Shown: positions 8,361-17,336, counted from the first letter of the stretch. The stretch: DNA of 64,000 bases from Planctomycetota bacterium (GCA_965222115.1 CBDCTJ010000007.1:2720001-2784000), one strand, 5' to 3'. Notes: generated from the sequence alone by a model not told the origin. A program made the numbers and translations.

Positions 8361-9914
8361 ATGAGGTTTGCATTTCGACTCACTGTAGTGCTTGTGTGCG
8401 GGGCAGCGTTCGCGCTGACGCCCGCCGCCGATGCGCGCGAGAAATCCAAGGACGAAACGATTGTCAAGGGCAAGCTCGGCGCGGAACTCGATGAACGAGT
8501 CAGCGACAAAGTGCCTGAGTTTTGGGGGTCGGTGCTCGTTGCCAAGAAGGGCAAGGTGTTGTTGGCCAAGGGCTATGGCATGGCCGACTACAAGAACAAG
8601 CCCAACACGGCACGGACGCTGCACGAGCTCGCGTCGGCAAGCAAGCAGGTCGCGGGTACGGCCATTTTGCATCTTCAGCAGCGACGCAAACTCAAGATTG
8701 GCGATTCGATCGGGAAATATTTCAAGAAGGTGCCCAAGGAGAAGAAGGCCATCACAATTCGTCATCTTCTGACCCACACCTCCGGAATTTCCAGAGAGGC
8801 TGGAGTCTCTTACGCATCGCCCATCGACCGAAAGAACTACGTCAAAAAAATGATGGCCGAGCCGCTTGATTCCAAACCGGGTGAGACCTACGCCTATAGC
8901 AATGTTGGCTATGCCTTACTGGCGGCCATTGTTGAGCAGGTCTCGAAGATGACGTATGAGGAATACGTTGAGAAATACTTGTTCAAACCTGCGGGACTGA
9001 AGGATACCGGGTTTATCGGTGACAAGGATCTACAAGAGACAGGACGTGCTTCCGTGCGCAAGGGGCGACTTCGCGGCAAGACGGCCGCCGACTGGCATTA
9101 TGGGTGGGGCTACCGCGGGATGGGCGGCGTGGTCACAAGTGTCTTGGATCTACTGAAGTGGGACCGGGCACTGCGCGACGACACGATTCTGAAAGAAGAG
9201 GCACGCGAGGCGCTCTACATGCCCTACAAGAACTTCTATGCCTGCGGATGGGAAGTCGAACATACCGACCGAGGCACGCGCTGCGTGCATCACTCAGGTG
9301 GTGTTGAGGGCTATGGCACAAACGTCATTCGCTATCTCGAAGACGACGTGTGTGTGTTCGTGCTCTCCAACAAAGGCGACTCGGCCCACAAGGTATCGGC
9401 CGCACTCGAAGCGGTTCTTTTCAAGCCCACTTCGATTCAGGTGAGCATCGACGTGACACCCTACGGCGGTGGGGGCCGCACGCTCAAGACACCAACCACC
9501 CTCACGTGGGGCGTCTCTCGCAAGGGGCGAGATTTGGTGATTGAGGTCCTCGACAAAAAGACCGTTGTACTGGGACTGCGCTTGCCCAAGAAAACGTATG
9601 GTAAGAAGCTCCTGTTCGAACTTGAGCATTCGATTCAGTCGCGCGAATCCGATGAGAAGGCGTCCACATCGCAGTGTCAGGCCGAGCTCCACCTAGGGGG
9701 TTACGGCCCGTCCGCCAAGATCGTTCATCCTTTTGGTCAAGTGCGCTTTGCCGCCGAACACCGCGGTCGAACAACTACCGGCGAGCCGAAGATTGACCGA
9801 CGCGTGACACTGGTTCTCACCGATACACGCTCCGGCGGCATGACGGGCGTCGTGCTCATGAACCTCATCAGCGCAAAGGCGTTGCTCGAAAAACTCTCCA
9901 AAGCGGTTCGATAG
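8361..9914 (+). CDS. Secreted serine hydrolase, beta-lactamase class C/AmpC-like family, with C-terminal extension
   Basis: Signal peptide; SxxK (LASASKQ), LLTHTSG, YSN and HSGG motifs; GAGGAG RBS. Confidence 0.9.
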   Translation: MRFAFRLTVVLVCGAAFALTPAADAREKSKDETIVKGKLGAELDERVSDKVPEFWGSVLVAKKGKVLLAKGYGMADYKNKPNTARTLHELASASKQVAGTAILHLQQRRKLKIGDSIGKYFKKVPKEKKAITIRHLLTHTSGISREAGVSYASPIDRKNYVKKMMAEPLDSKPGETYAYSNVGYALLAAIVEQVSKMTYEEYVEKYLFKPAGLKDTGFIGDKDLQETGRASVRKGRLRGKTAADWHYGWGYRGMGGVVTSVLDLLKWDRALRDDTILKEEAREALYMPYKNFYACGWEVEHTDRGTRCVHHSGGVEGYGTNVIRYLEDDVCVFVLSNKGDSAHKVSAALEAVLFKPTSIQVSIDVTPYGGGGRTLKTPTTLTWGVSRKGRDLVIEVLDKKTVVLGLRLPKKTYGKKLLFELEHSIQSRESDEKASTSQCQAELHLGGYGPSAKIVHPFGQVRFAAEHRGRTTTGEPKIDRRVTLVLTDTRSGGMTGVVLMNLISAKALLEKLSKAVR

Positions 9915-9946
9915 CGTTCAACGGATGATGCCGGCGCAATTCACGC

Positions 9947-10576
9947 CTACTCATCTTCCCCTCGATGCGCCGTCGCTTCTTCGTCCACCCAATCCTCTTC
10001 TTCGTAGGACATGCCGCGGCGGCCGGGGACCTTGCGGGTGGGGCCGGATTTGTAGAGCGGGCAAGATTTGGGGCCGTAGCAGAAGGTTTCGCGGCGGTAG
10101 CGGCGCTGCTTGGGATTCCAGTGGTCGATGATCACTTCGACCGCCATTTCACAAGCCCACATGCATGAGACGCACATATTTGCGAAAGTGCGCGCGGCCA
10201 ATCGTCGGTGGCCGCGTTCGCGGTAGGTGGGGAGTTCCGGGGGGACGCCGAGAAAGGGAGGAGGTTGTACGAGTTTCACGGTTGAGGGACGTTCTGCTTT
10301 GAGGCGACTAATCTTATAGAGATCGGCCACCTCGCGTCGCGGTTCGGCAACGAGCACGCCCAATCCGGAGACGGTGTCGTCCGCGCGGAAGAGATGTTTC
10401 GATTGTGCGGCCTTGCCGATTGCGACTGCGAACAGCCGCTCTTCTTCGCCACATGTTCCATCGATTCGAAGGACATAGCCGAGGTAGCTGTGACTGCGCT
10501 GGTCAAAGCTCCTCGTGAGTCGGATTCGGGGCTGGACGGAGACGACGAGCCCCTTCCAGGCGATTTTGAAGGTCAT
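9947..10576 (-). CDS. Hypothetical protein with C-terminal Cys cluster
   Basis: 209-aa ORF with RBS-like AGGGA; CVSCMWAC...FCYGPKSC. Confidence 0.75.
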   Translation of the reverse strand: MTFKIAWKGLVVSVQPRIRLTRSFDQRSHSYLGYVLRIDGTCGEEERLFAVAIGKAAQSKHLFRADDTVSGLGVLVAEPRREVADLYKISRLKAERPSTVKLVQPPPFLGVPPELPTYRERGHRRLAARTFANMCVSCMWACEMAVEVIIDHWNPKQRRYRRETFCYGPKSCPLYKSGPTRKVPGRRGMSYEEEDWVDEEATAHRGEDE

Positions 10577-10719
10577 GGTATCCCTACTCTACATCTCAGG
10601 GCGTTCAAGCGCCACGCCTTCAGCATGGTTGTGCGTTCGGGCACGATCTGATAGCAGAGCGCGGCTTGAGCGACTGTGCGTGGTGGAGCAGTTTGCGTTG
10701 ACGTCCGATGTCCCGCTTT

Positions 10720-10839
10720 CCCGTGACCCGTGACCCGATACCCGGACTCAAGTGTGAGCGTCCGAAATTCGATTCACGCCAGCTCGTGGACGTGGACGTG
10801 GACGTGGACGTGGACGTGGACGTGGACGTGGACGTGGAC
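10720..10839 (+). repeat. Composite repeat: 3 heptamers + 40-bp core + (GTGGAC)9
   Basis: CCCGTGA CCCGTGA CCCGATA; core CCCGGACTCAAGTGTGAGCGTCCGAAATTCGATTCACGCC at 10741-10780; GTGGAC x9 at 10786-10839. Confidence 0.95.
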
Positions 10840-10841
10840 GA

Positions 10842-11216
10842 TCAAGGCTCGTCGAACCTTCGTTGAAGCACGAACAACATAGCGGCGGATCGCTCTAGTA
10901 TGTTCATGACACCTGAGATTGCGGCCTCGCTGGCGAGTCCGAGTAGTAGAGCCTGATGTAGAGCGGCAATGGCCTCGGTGCATTCGGCGTGTGCGATGTC
11001 GTACGCTTTGCGTTTCTCGGCTGGCCGTCGTTTCGAGAGTCCTTCGGCGACGTTTAGGGCAACGCTGATACTTGCGCGCCTGAGTTGATCGGCGAGCTTT
11101 GCGTGGCCACGAGGCCATGCACCGCAGATTGCTACGCACTCGACCGACGCGGCCTGCGAAGCACGGTAGACATCGAAGCGTTTGAGGTATTCGAGCGTGG
11201 AAGATGCGCTTGTCAT
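10842..11216 (-). CDS. Four helix bundle protein (23S rRNA IVP/TIGR02436-like), type A copy 1
   Basis: FDVY...LADQLRRASISVALNVAEG...YDIAHAECTE is the signature of this family; GGAG RBS. Confidence 0.9.
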   Translation of the reverse strand: MTSASSTLEYLKRFDVYRASQAASVECVAICGAWPRGHAKLADQLRRASISVALNVAEGLSKRRPAEKRKAYDIAHAECTEAIAALHQALLLGLASEAAISGVMNILERSAAMLFVLQRRFDEP

Positions 11217-11374
11217 GATGGAACTCCAGCGTGAAGGGATCGCAAGCCGTTTGCTCGCGTGTGCCCTTCACAAAAGAGCCGAAGGCGAAGGAGGGCACAC
11301 GCGAGCGGGTCGTACAAAGGAAGCCCTGCGCAAATGCGACAACTTGTTCTCAAGCTGGAGTTCCATCACAAGCG
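11207..11374 (-). promoter_or_regulatory. Structured leader of type A gene sequestering RBS and start codon
   Basis: In gene sense CGCTTGT-GATGGAACTCCAGC can pair with GCTGGAGTTCCATC-[ATG]-ACAAGCG; inner 15-bp stem GCTCGCGTGTGCCCT/AGGGCACACGCGAGC. Confidence 0.7.
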
Positions 11375-11421
11375 GCGCCCGCGCGTACCGGTCCGGTCGC
11401 GCATGAGTTACCGATGGCCTG

Positions 11422-11530
11422 CCCGGAATCCGATACCCGTCAACCGTTACCCTTTACCCGAAACCCGTCACCCGGACTCAAGTGTGAGCGTTCGATGGTC
11501 AATTCGCGCCGGTCTAACGTGGACGTGGAC
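11422..11530 (+). repeat. Composite repeat: 7 degenerate heptamers + core + (GTGGAC)2
   Basis: Heptamers 11422-11470; core at 11471-11510; shared between the divergent type A and type B genes. Confidence 0.92.
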
Positions 11531-11573
11531 GTCAAGTAGCGCACTAGCCGCGTGCGGCCGATACCGGATAAAC

Positions 11574-11736
11574 ACCGAACTGTCTGCTGTGTGACGTGAA
11601 GGCGCACTGGGCAACACCCTTTGGGAAGTGCTACGTGCATGCCCCATTCGCCATGAGGGCGAGGGCACGCACTCGCATTCCCGCGGGTGTTTCCTCGTGG
11701 AGCTTCTCGTATGTCACACAGCAAACAGTTCTCGGT
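11574..11736 (+). promoter_or_regulatory. Rod-like structured leader of type B gene pairing over the start codon
   Basis: ACCGAACTGTCTGCTGTGTGACGT (11574-11597) is near-complementary to ATGTCACACAGCAAACAGTTCTCGGT (11711-11736); nested stems AACACCC/GGGTGTT, GGGAAGTGC/GCATTCCC, TGCCC/GGGCA, TCGCC/GGCGA. Confidence 0.7.
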
Positions 11737-12097
11737 TTCCTCCACAGCTAGTCGGCTTGAGCGATTCGACGTGTATCGAATCGCGCGGCGTGCCGCTGCC
11801 AGTATTCACCAGCTTTGTGGATCGCTACCGCGAGGCAACGCCGAGCTTGCAAGCCAAGCTCGACGCGCCTCGACCGCCGTCGTTCTCAACATCGCTGAAG
11901 GCATCGGGCGCGCTGGCGCAGGCGCCAAGCACCGTTCGTTCTCCATCGCTCGCGGCGAGTGTGTCGAAGCCGCTGCGGCACTCGACCTCATGGATGCAAT
12001 GGGCATCCTCGCCAGCGCCCACGCCGCACCGACGCTTCGCGACCTTGACCGCGTTCGCGCGATGCTGAATGCGCTCATCCGCCGTTGGAGGGAGTGA
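11711..12097 (+). CDS. Four helix bundle protein, type B copy 1
   Basis: FDVY...LASQARRASTAVVLNIAEG...FSIARGECVE; ATG 11711 with GGAG RBS. Confidence 0.9.
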   Translation: MSHSKQFSVSSTASRLERFDVYRIARRAAASIHQLCGSLPRGNAELASQARRASTAVVLNIAEGIGRAGAGAKHRSFSIARGECVEAAAALDLMDAMGILASAHAAPTLRDLDRVRAMLNALIRRWRE

Positions 12098-12128
12098 AGC
12101 GTTCCCATTTATGCACAGCGTCGCGCAC

Positions 12129-12257
12129 TCCGTCACCCATTGTCCGTCACCCGTTACCTGTCACCCGTTACCCGGACTCCAGTGTGAGCGTCCGATAGTC
12201 GATTCACGCCTGCTCGTGGACGTGGACGTGGACGTGGACGTGGACGTGGACGTGAAC
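12129..12257 (+). repeat. Composite repeat: 6 heptamers + core + (GTGGAC)6
   Basis: Core at 12171-12210; GTGGAC x6 at 12216-12251, then GTGAAC. Confidence 0.93.
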
Positions 12258-12304
12258 GCGCAAATCCGTGCCGGGATCACACGTGCGATCTGCAATATCC
12301 GAAA

Positions 12305-12365
12305 GCCGTTACCCGACACCCGTCCCCCGGACACCCAACTGAGCATCCGACGAACGATTCGCGCC
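12305..12365 (+). repeat. Degenerate composite repeat: 3 heptamers + diverged core, no GTGGAC
   Basis: GCCGTTA CCCGACA CCCGTCC, then CCCGGACACCCAACTGAGCATCCGACGAACGATTCGCGCC (12326-12365), which aligns gap-free to the core. Confidence 0.75.
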
Positions 12366-12421
12366 GCACGCATCGATGGGTGACGGGGACTGTCCCCCCG
12401 CGCGGGGAGGCTAGGAGCCTC

Positions 12422-13354
12422 ATGATTGATCGCCGCCCTTCCGAATCCAGTACGCGCGCGCGTGTTGCGCAGCTCGATATGCGACTTGCCCTTGAGGGCA
12501 GTCAACTTGTGCACGGTGATTGTCTGGAAGTCATGCAGCGCCTGCCGGATGCGTGTTTGGATCTGATTTACATCGACCCGCCGTTTTTTACCGGCAGCAA
12601 AAAGTTGGGACCGCGGGACCTTGATGGCGAAACGCACGCGGCTCAATTCGATGATCACTGGCCCGGGGGATTGACGGCCTATTTGAGCTGGCTCATGCCA
12701 CGCATTGCAGATATGCATCGCCTGCTAAAAGACACCGGGTCCATGTATATCCATCTCGACTGGCATGCAGTGCATTACGTCAAGGTCGAGGCCGATCGCA
12801 TCTTTGGTTACGACAACTTTCTCAATGAGATTGTGTGGCTCTATGGACTGGGGGGGAGTTCCCCGCGCTACTGGCCGCGCAAGCACGACACGATTTTGTG
12901 GTACGCCAAAAATGCCAAACAACACTACTTCGTGGCCGATCGGATACCGGCCACATCGCAGCGTCTCAAGGGGCAGACCAAGAAGGCGCCCGACACGTGG
13001 GATATTCCAGCACTCAACAATATGTCTCGCGAGCGCTCGGGGTATCCCACACAGAAGCCGGAAGCATTGCTTGAACGCATTGTTCGAAGCTCGTGTCCCG
13101 AGGACGGACTGTTTGCTGACTTCTTCTGTGGCTCCGGTACGTCGTGCGTGGCCGCCGAGCGATTGGGACGCAAGTGGATCGCATCGGACACATCGAGTGA
13201 TGCGATTCAAACCACCGAGTCGCGACTGCATGCCTACCTTGCCGAACAAATTGCCAAGCGCCATCCCGGCCATTTGACGCGCGCCAAGGGGGCGACTTCG
13301 TCACGTCGAAAACGGCGCGTTCCGCTTCCGAGTTTCGTTGTCTTACGGGCGTAG
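12422..13354 (+). CDS. Orphan N6-A/N4-C DNA methyltransferase (beta class)
   Basis: HGDCL, LIYIDPPF (motif IV), YPTQKPEALLERI, DFFCGSGT (motif I); AGGAG RBS before ATG 12422. Confidence 0.9.
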   Translation: MIDRRPSESSTRARVAQLDMRLALEGSQLVHGDCLEVMQRLPDACLDLIYIDPPFFTGSKKLGPRDLDGETHAAQFDDHWPGGLTAYLSWLMPRIADMHRLLKDTGSMYIHLDWHAVHYVKVEADRIFGYDNFLNEIVWLYGLGGSSPRYWPRKHDTILWYAKNAKQHYFVADRIPATSQRLKGQTKKAPDTWDIPALNNMSRERSGYPTQKPEALLERIVRSSCPEDGLFADFFCGSGTSCVAAERLGRKWIASDTSSDAIQTTESRLHAYLAEQIAKRHPGHLTRAKGATSSRRKRRVPLPSFVVLRA

Positions 13355-13379
13355 AACCGTAGAACCAACGACCCCATTG

Positions 13380-15212
13380 CTACGGTTTCTTGGTTCGGGA
13401 CAAGTTGGTTGGCCGCACGTCGATCAAACGCAACTCGGCGGTGGTCATCCCGCGCCAGTGGTTTAGGTAGGGGACCACCGCCACATCGAGCGGCTGGCCT
13501 TGACCGACCACGTCAAAGAGGGCTGCTTGGCGCCACCCAACCACCCGAATGGCGCCACCGGTCTGCTTGAGCGCAAAGGAGAGGTGCGTTGCGTTCTTGC
13601 CCATGAGTTTGGGCTTGCCCGCTAGCTCTGCACCCTTGAGTACAAACACGGGCTCTGGGTTGCCCTGGCCAAAGGGCGCAAGTCTGTGCAATGCTTCAAC
13701 CGTATCGACGTGCCAATGATCCACCGACGATTCGGCATCGAAATACAGCGCGCCCGAGGCTTCGGTCTGTTCTGCCTGCCGGGTGACCGCGCGTTCGAAT
13801 GCAGCGCGGAACGCATCGAGCTGACTGCGAGCAACCTCGAGCCCCGCCGCCATGGCATGGCCACCATGGGCCGCAAGAACGTCATGACAAGCAGCAAGCG
13901 CGTGATGGAGGTCGTATCCCGGTGGGGTGCGGCATGAGCCACGACCTTCGTCACCTTGCATACCGACGACGGCCGTGGGCAGACCAAAGCGATCCACAAG
14001 TCGCGCGGCCACGATACCGATCACGCCAACATGCCAATCGTCACCCCAAAGCACCAAACTCTTACGCGGGCTTCCCAGCGATTCATGCTCAGCGAGCAAC
14101 GTCTGTGCAGCATGTTCGGCCTGCTTGAGTACGCCCTGCTCGATCTCACGACGTTTCGTGTTGGCCTGATCCAGGGCCTGGGCTTTTCGTTCACATACAT
14201 CCGGATCATCGGAGACCAGGAGCTCAATAACCAACTCGGGTTGGCTCAACCGCCCCGCCGCGTTTAGCCGGGGACCCAACCGAAATCCAATGTCCTCTGC
14301 CGTAATGGGCAACTCACCCACATCCGATACGCGTAGTAGCGCCTGAACGCCCGCATGCGGCGATTCGCGCAGTGCCTTGAGACCATTGGCCACGAGCACA
14401 CGATTCTCTCCATGAAGCGGCACGACATCGGCCACCGTGGCAATCGCCACGAGCCCAACGGCATGTTTCATAAAGCGCTTAAACTCGGCGGCCCTCGAAC
14501 GCAGAACACCGCCTCGCAACCGATCGGCGATTCCCCAGGCGAGTTTGAAGGCCACGCCACAACCGCAGAGAGGCGGTGCGTCGTTACTCGAATCCGAAGT
14601 CTGTATGGATCCATCGGCCGCAAGATGCGGATTCACAATCGCGCACGCGGTCGGCAATCGATTCCCTGGGGGATGATGGTCTGTGATGACGACGTCGATG
14701 CCATGCTGCGTAGCGGCATCCACCGCGTCGTGGGCAGAGATGCCGTTGTCCACCGTGACGGCGACATTGACCTCGCGCGCCTTGAGTTCATCGATGGTTT
14801 CGCGTCGGAGGCCGTAGCCATCGGCGTCACGTAACGGAATCGACCAACTCACATTGGCGCCGAGCAAGTTGAAAAATCGAACCAGGAGTGCCGTTGCCGT
14901 CATGCCATCGACATCGTAGTCACCGCAGATTGCGATGTGTTCATCGTCGGTGATGGCGCGCGCGAGCCGATCGGCGGCGTTGTCCATCCCTGGCAACTCG
15001 AACGGAGAGCTCAAGTGGGCCAGCTTCGGCTCTAGGAATCGCTGAGCCTCATGGCGGGTGCGAACACCTCGCTCCCAAAGCAAATTGGCCACCAAACCAT
15101 CAACATCGAGCGCTGCACAAAATGCGTCACGACCTTCTTCCCGTGCCTCAGAGGCGGGCTCCGCGGCGCGCGCGTCCCGTGCTCGTCGCAAGCGCCATGG
15201 GCGGCGAGACAT
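13380..15212 (-). CDS. recJ: Single-stranded-DNA-specific exonuclease RecJ
   Basis: GDYDVDG, TVDNG, ITDHH, GPRLNAAGRL, GGHAMAAG, APFGQGNPEP. Start MSRRPW at 15212 preferred. Confidence 0.95.
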   Translation of the reverse strand: MSRRPWRLRRARDARAAEPASEAREEGRDAFCAALDVDGLVANLLWERGVRTRHEAQRFLEPKLAHLSSPFELPGMDNAADRLARAITDDEHIAICGDYDVDGMTATALLVRFFNLLGANVSWSIPLRDADGYGLRRETIDELKAREVNVAVTVDNGISAHDAVDAATQHGIDVVITDHHPPGNRLPTACAIVNPHLAADGSIQTSDSSNDAPPLCGCGVAFKLAWGIADRLRGGVLRSRAAEFKRFMKHAVGLVAIATVADVVPLHGENRVLVANGLKALRESPHAGVQALLRVSDVGELPITAEDIGFRLGPRLNAAGRLSQPELVIELLVSDDPDVCERKAQALDQANTKRREIEQGVLKQAEHAAQTLLAEHESLGSPRKSLVLWGDDWHVGVIGIVAARLVDRFGLPTAVVGMQGDEGRGSCRTPPGYDLHHALAACHDVLAAHGGHAMAAGLEVARSQLDAFRAAFERAVTRQAEQTEASGALYFDAESSVDHWHVDTVEALHRLAPFGQGNPEPVFVLKGAELAGKPKLMGKNATHLSFALKQTGGAIRVVGWRQAALFDVVGQGQPLDVAVVPYLNHWRGMTTAELRLIDVRPTNLSRTKKP

Positions 15213-15385
15213 CGCCGTGGGGTTGGATCCCGATGAAATAGCCGACCTCCCTCCGAAGCGGTCACGGAGTGGACTCGTTGTACACGCCCAAAGCCCCAGT
15301 TCCGCGCGTGTTTGATCGGGGCCGCCAAATAGGCGGGGTTCATTCGTTTTCAGTAGCATGACCGCCCGCACCTTCGGAGACCCCC

Positions 15386-17317
15386 ATGGCGGCAGCCGCC
15401 GTTCGACGCATCATTTTGGGAACTGCCGGGCACATCGACCACGGCAAGACCTCGCTCGTCAAGCGTCTCACCGCCAGTGAGGAGGCCGATCGCCTGCCCG
15501 AAGAGCGCACGCGTGGCATGACGATCGATATCGGCTATGCCACATTCATGTTGCCCGACGGCACGGAAGCCGGGTTGCTCGACGTGCCGGGTCACGAGAG
15601 TTTCGTCCACACGATGGTGGCGGGCGCCACGGCGATGGACGTTGCCCTACTCGTCGTGGCGGCCGACGACGGTCCCATGCCCCAAACCCGCGAACACATT
15701 GAGATTCTGGATGTGCTCGGCGTGAACCGGTTGGTCGTTGCGCTGACCAAGATCGACCTCGTGGATGCGGACATGGTCGAACTCGCCACCGAAGCGGTCA
15801 ACGAACTGGTCGAGACCACCTCATTGAAGGGCGCGCCCGTCGTTCCCGTCAGTTCGGAAACGGGCGAGGGTTTTGACGCACTCAAGAAGGCCATCGTCGG
15901 AGCAATTCCGAAGAGCCGGAAGGCCAAGGAGAGTCGCTTCGCCTTCCGCATGCCGATTCTGCGACGCTTCGATGTGGCGGGCCGGGGCGTCGTGGTGACC
16001 GGTATTCCGTTGTCCGGACACATCGCGGTGGGGGACGGGATTGAGATTCAGCCCATTGGCGCGCCGTGCCGGGTGCGGAGCATTCAAGTCCATCATCGCG
16101 AAGCCGAGGAGGCGCGCGCGGGTCATCGCACGGCCATGGCGATCAGCGACGTGAAAGCGAGTGCCATTCGTCGCGGCATGGTGGTGAGTCAAGCGGGACT
16201 TGTAGCGCCCACCACACGACTCGTCGCTCGCCTAGATTTGCTGGAGAGCGCCCGCAAGCCCATCCAACATCGTGATCGCGTTCGTCTTCACCTGGGGGCG
16301 TCGCAAACCGTCGCGCAAGTCCACTTGCCCTTGCGCAAAGCGGTTCCACCGGGGTCGAGTGAAATCGTGGAGCTTCAGGCAGTAGCCCCTGTGATCGCCC
16401 TTCCGGGGGACGCCATGGTGCTGCGCGAAGAGAATGCGGCATCAACACTGGGTGGTGGCGTGGTGATTGAGCCTCTAGCGCGTCGGCTCCCCAGTAAACG
16501 GCAGGGGCTAATCGATCGTTTGCGCGACCGCACAAATCACTTGGACTCTCCCAAACATCTCGTGGAGGCCATAGTCGAGGCCGCGGGGATGGATGGCTTG
16601 CTTGAGAGCGAGATCACGAAAACCACCTCGATTGTGCCCAAAGCGCTTTCCGGACTCATGCAGGGGCTTGCGGGCAAAAACACGTTGCGGCCCATCGGTC
16701 GCTCCGGTCGTTGGATCGCCCCCGGCCACTTTGGTTCGGTTCGGGATCGCATTGTCGAAGTCGTCAAGCGCCTGCACACCAAAGACGAAGCGGTGGATAG
16801 CTTGCCCATTGCACAGATTCGAAGTTCGCTTGGGCGCATTCACGAAGCCGTCTTCGATGAGGCCCTGCGTTCACTCACCGATGATGGGGAGTTGGTGCGC
16901 ACAGCGGGCGGCACCATCTACCACCATGAACACAGCTCCGAGCTACCTCCCAAGGACAAAGCCGTTTGCGAGCGCGTAATCAATGTGTTGGCGAAAGCCG
17001 AAGGGCGACCGCCAAGCGAAGAAGATCTTGCGGGTTTGGCGGGAATCTCCTCGTCGGACTTGAAGCGTGCGCTGCGGCTACTTGCGGCGCGAAATCTCAT
17101 TCTTCGAGCCGAACCCTATTGGTTTGAAGGCGCGTGGGTCGAGCAGTCCAAGTTGAAACTGGCCGAGATTGCCAAAGCACAAGGTGGATTTTCGCCGGCG
17201 GATGCCCGCAGCGCGCTTGACACAACGCGCAAGTGGATCATTCCGCTGCTTGAAGCGCTCGACAAAACGGGCTTCTCACGTCGGGCGGGCTCGAAGCGCG
17301 TCCTCCGCTCGAACTAA
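15386..17317 (+). CDS. selB: Selenocysteine-specific elongation factor SelB
   Basis: [29 protein letters not shown], plus C-terminal winged-helix [14 protein letters not shown]...RRAGSKR. Confidence 0.93.
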   Translation: MAAAAVRRIILGTAGHIDHGKTSLVKRLTASEEADRLPEERTRGMTIDIGYATFMLPDGTEAGLLDVPGHESFVHTMVAGATAMDVALLVVAADDGPMPQTREHIEILDVLGVNRLVVALTKIDLVDADMVELATEAVNELVETTSLKGAPVVPVSSETGEGFDALKKAIVGAIPKSRKAKESRFAFRMPILRRFDVAGRGVVVTGIPLSGHIAVGDGIEIQPIGAPCRVRSIQVHHREAEEARAGHRTAMAISDVKASAIRRGMVVSQAGLVAPTTRLVARLDLLESARKPIQHRDRVRLHLGASQTVAQVHLPLRKAVPPGSSEIVELQAVAPVIALPGDAMVLREENAASTLGGGVVIEPLARRLPSKRQGLIDRLRDRTNHLDSPKHLVEAIVEAAGMDGLLESEITKTTSIVPKALSGLMQGLAGKNTLRPIGRSGRWIAPGHFGSVRDRIVEVVKRLHTKDEAVDSLPIAQIRSSLGRIHEAVFDEALRSLTDDGELVRTAGGTIYHHEHSSELPPKDKAVCERVINVLAKAEGRPPSEEDLAGLAGISSSDLKRALRLLAARNLILRAEPYWFEGAWVEQSKLKLAEIAKAQGGFSPADARSALDTTRKWIIPLLEALDKTGFSRRAGSKRVLRSN

Positions 17318-17336
17318 CGAGTTCGAGCTAGCGGCT

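Noticed and set aside
10774-11298. ORFs with VHVHVH, WTWTWT, VDVDVD or TSTSTS tails (also 12069, 12161, 24483, 24583, 35299, 35489)
   Set aside because: These are translations through the GTGGAC tract in alternative frames; they overlap the better-supported genes and differ between copies.
10842-12097. 23S rRNA intervening sequence
   Set aside because: No rRNA sequence flanks any of the four-helix genes.
10720-12365. CRISPR array interpretation of the regularly recurring 40-bp core
   Set aside because: Spacers are 115-690 bp and contain genes, the repeats are degenerate, and no cas genes are present.
15213-15385. tRNA-Sec (selC) next to selB
   Set aside because: No UCA anticodon arm or T-loop consensus could be found.
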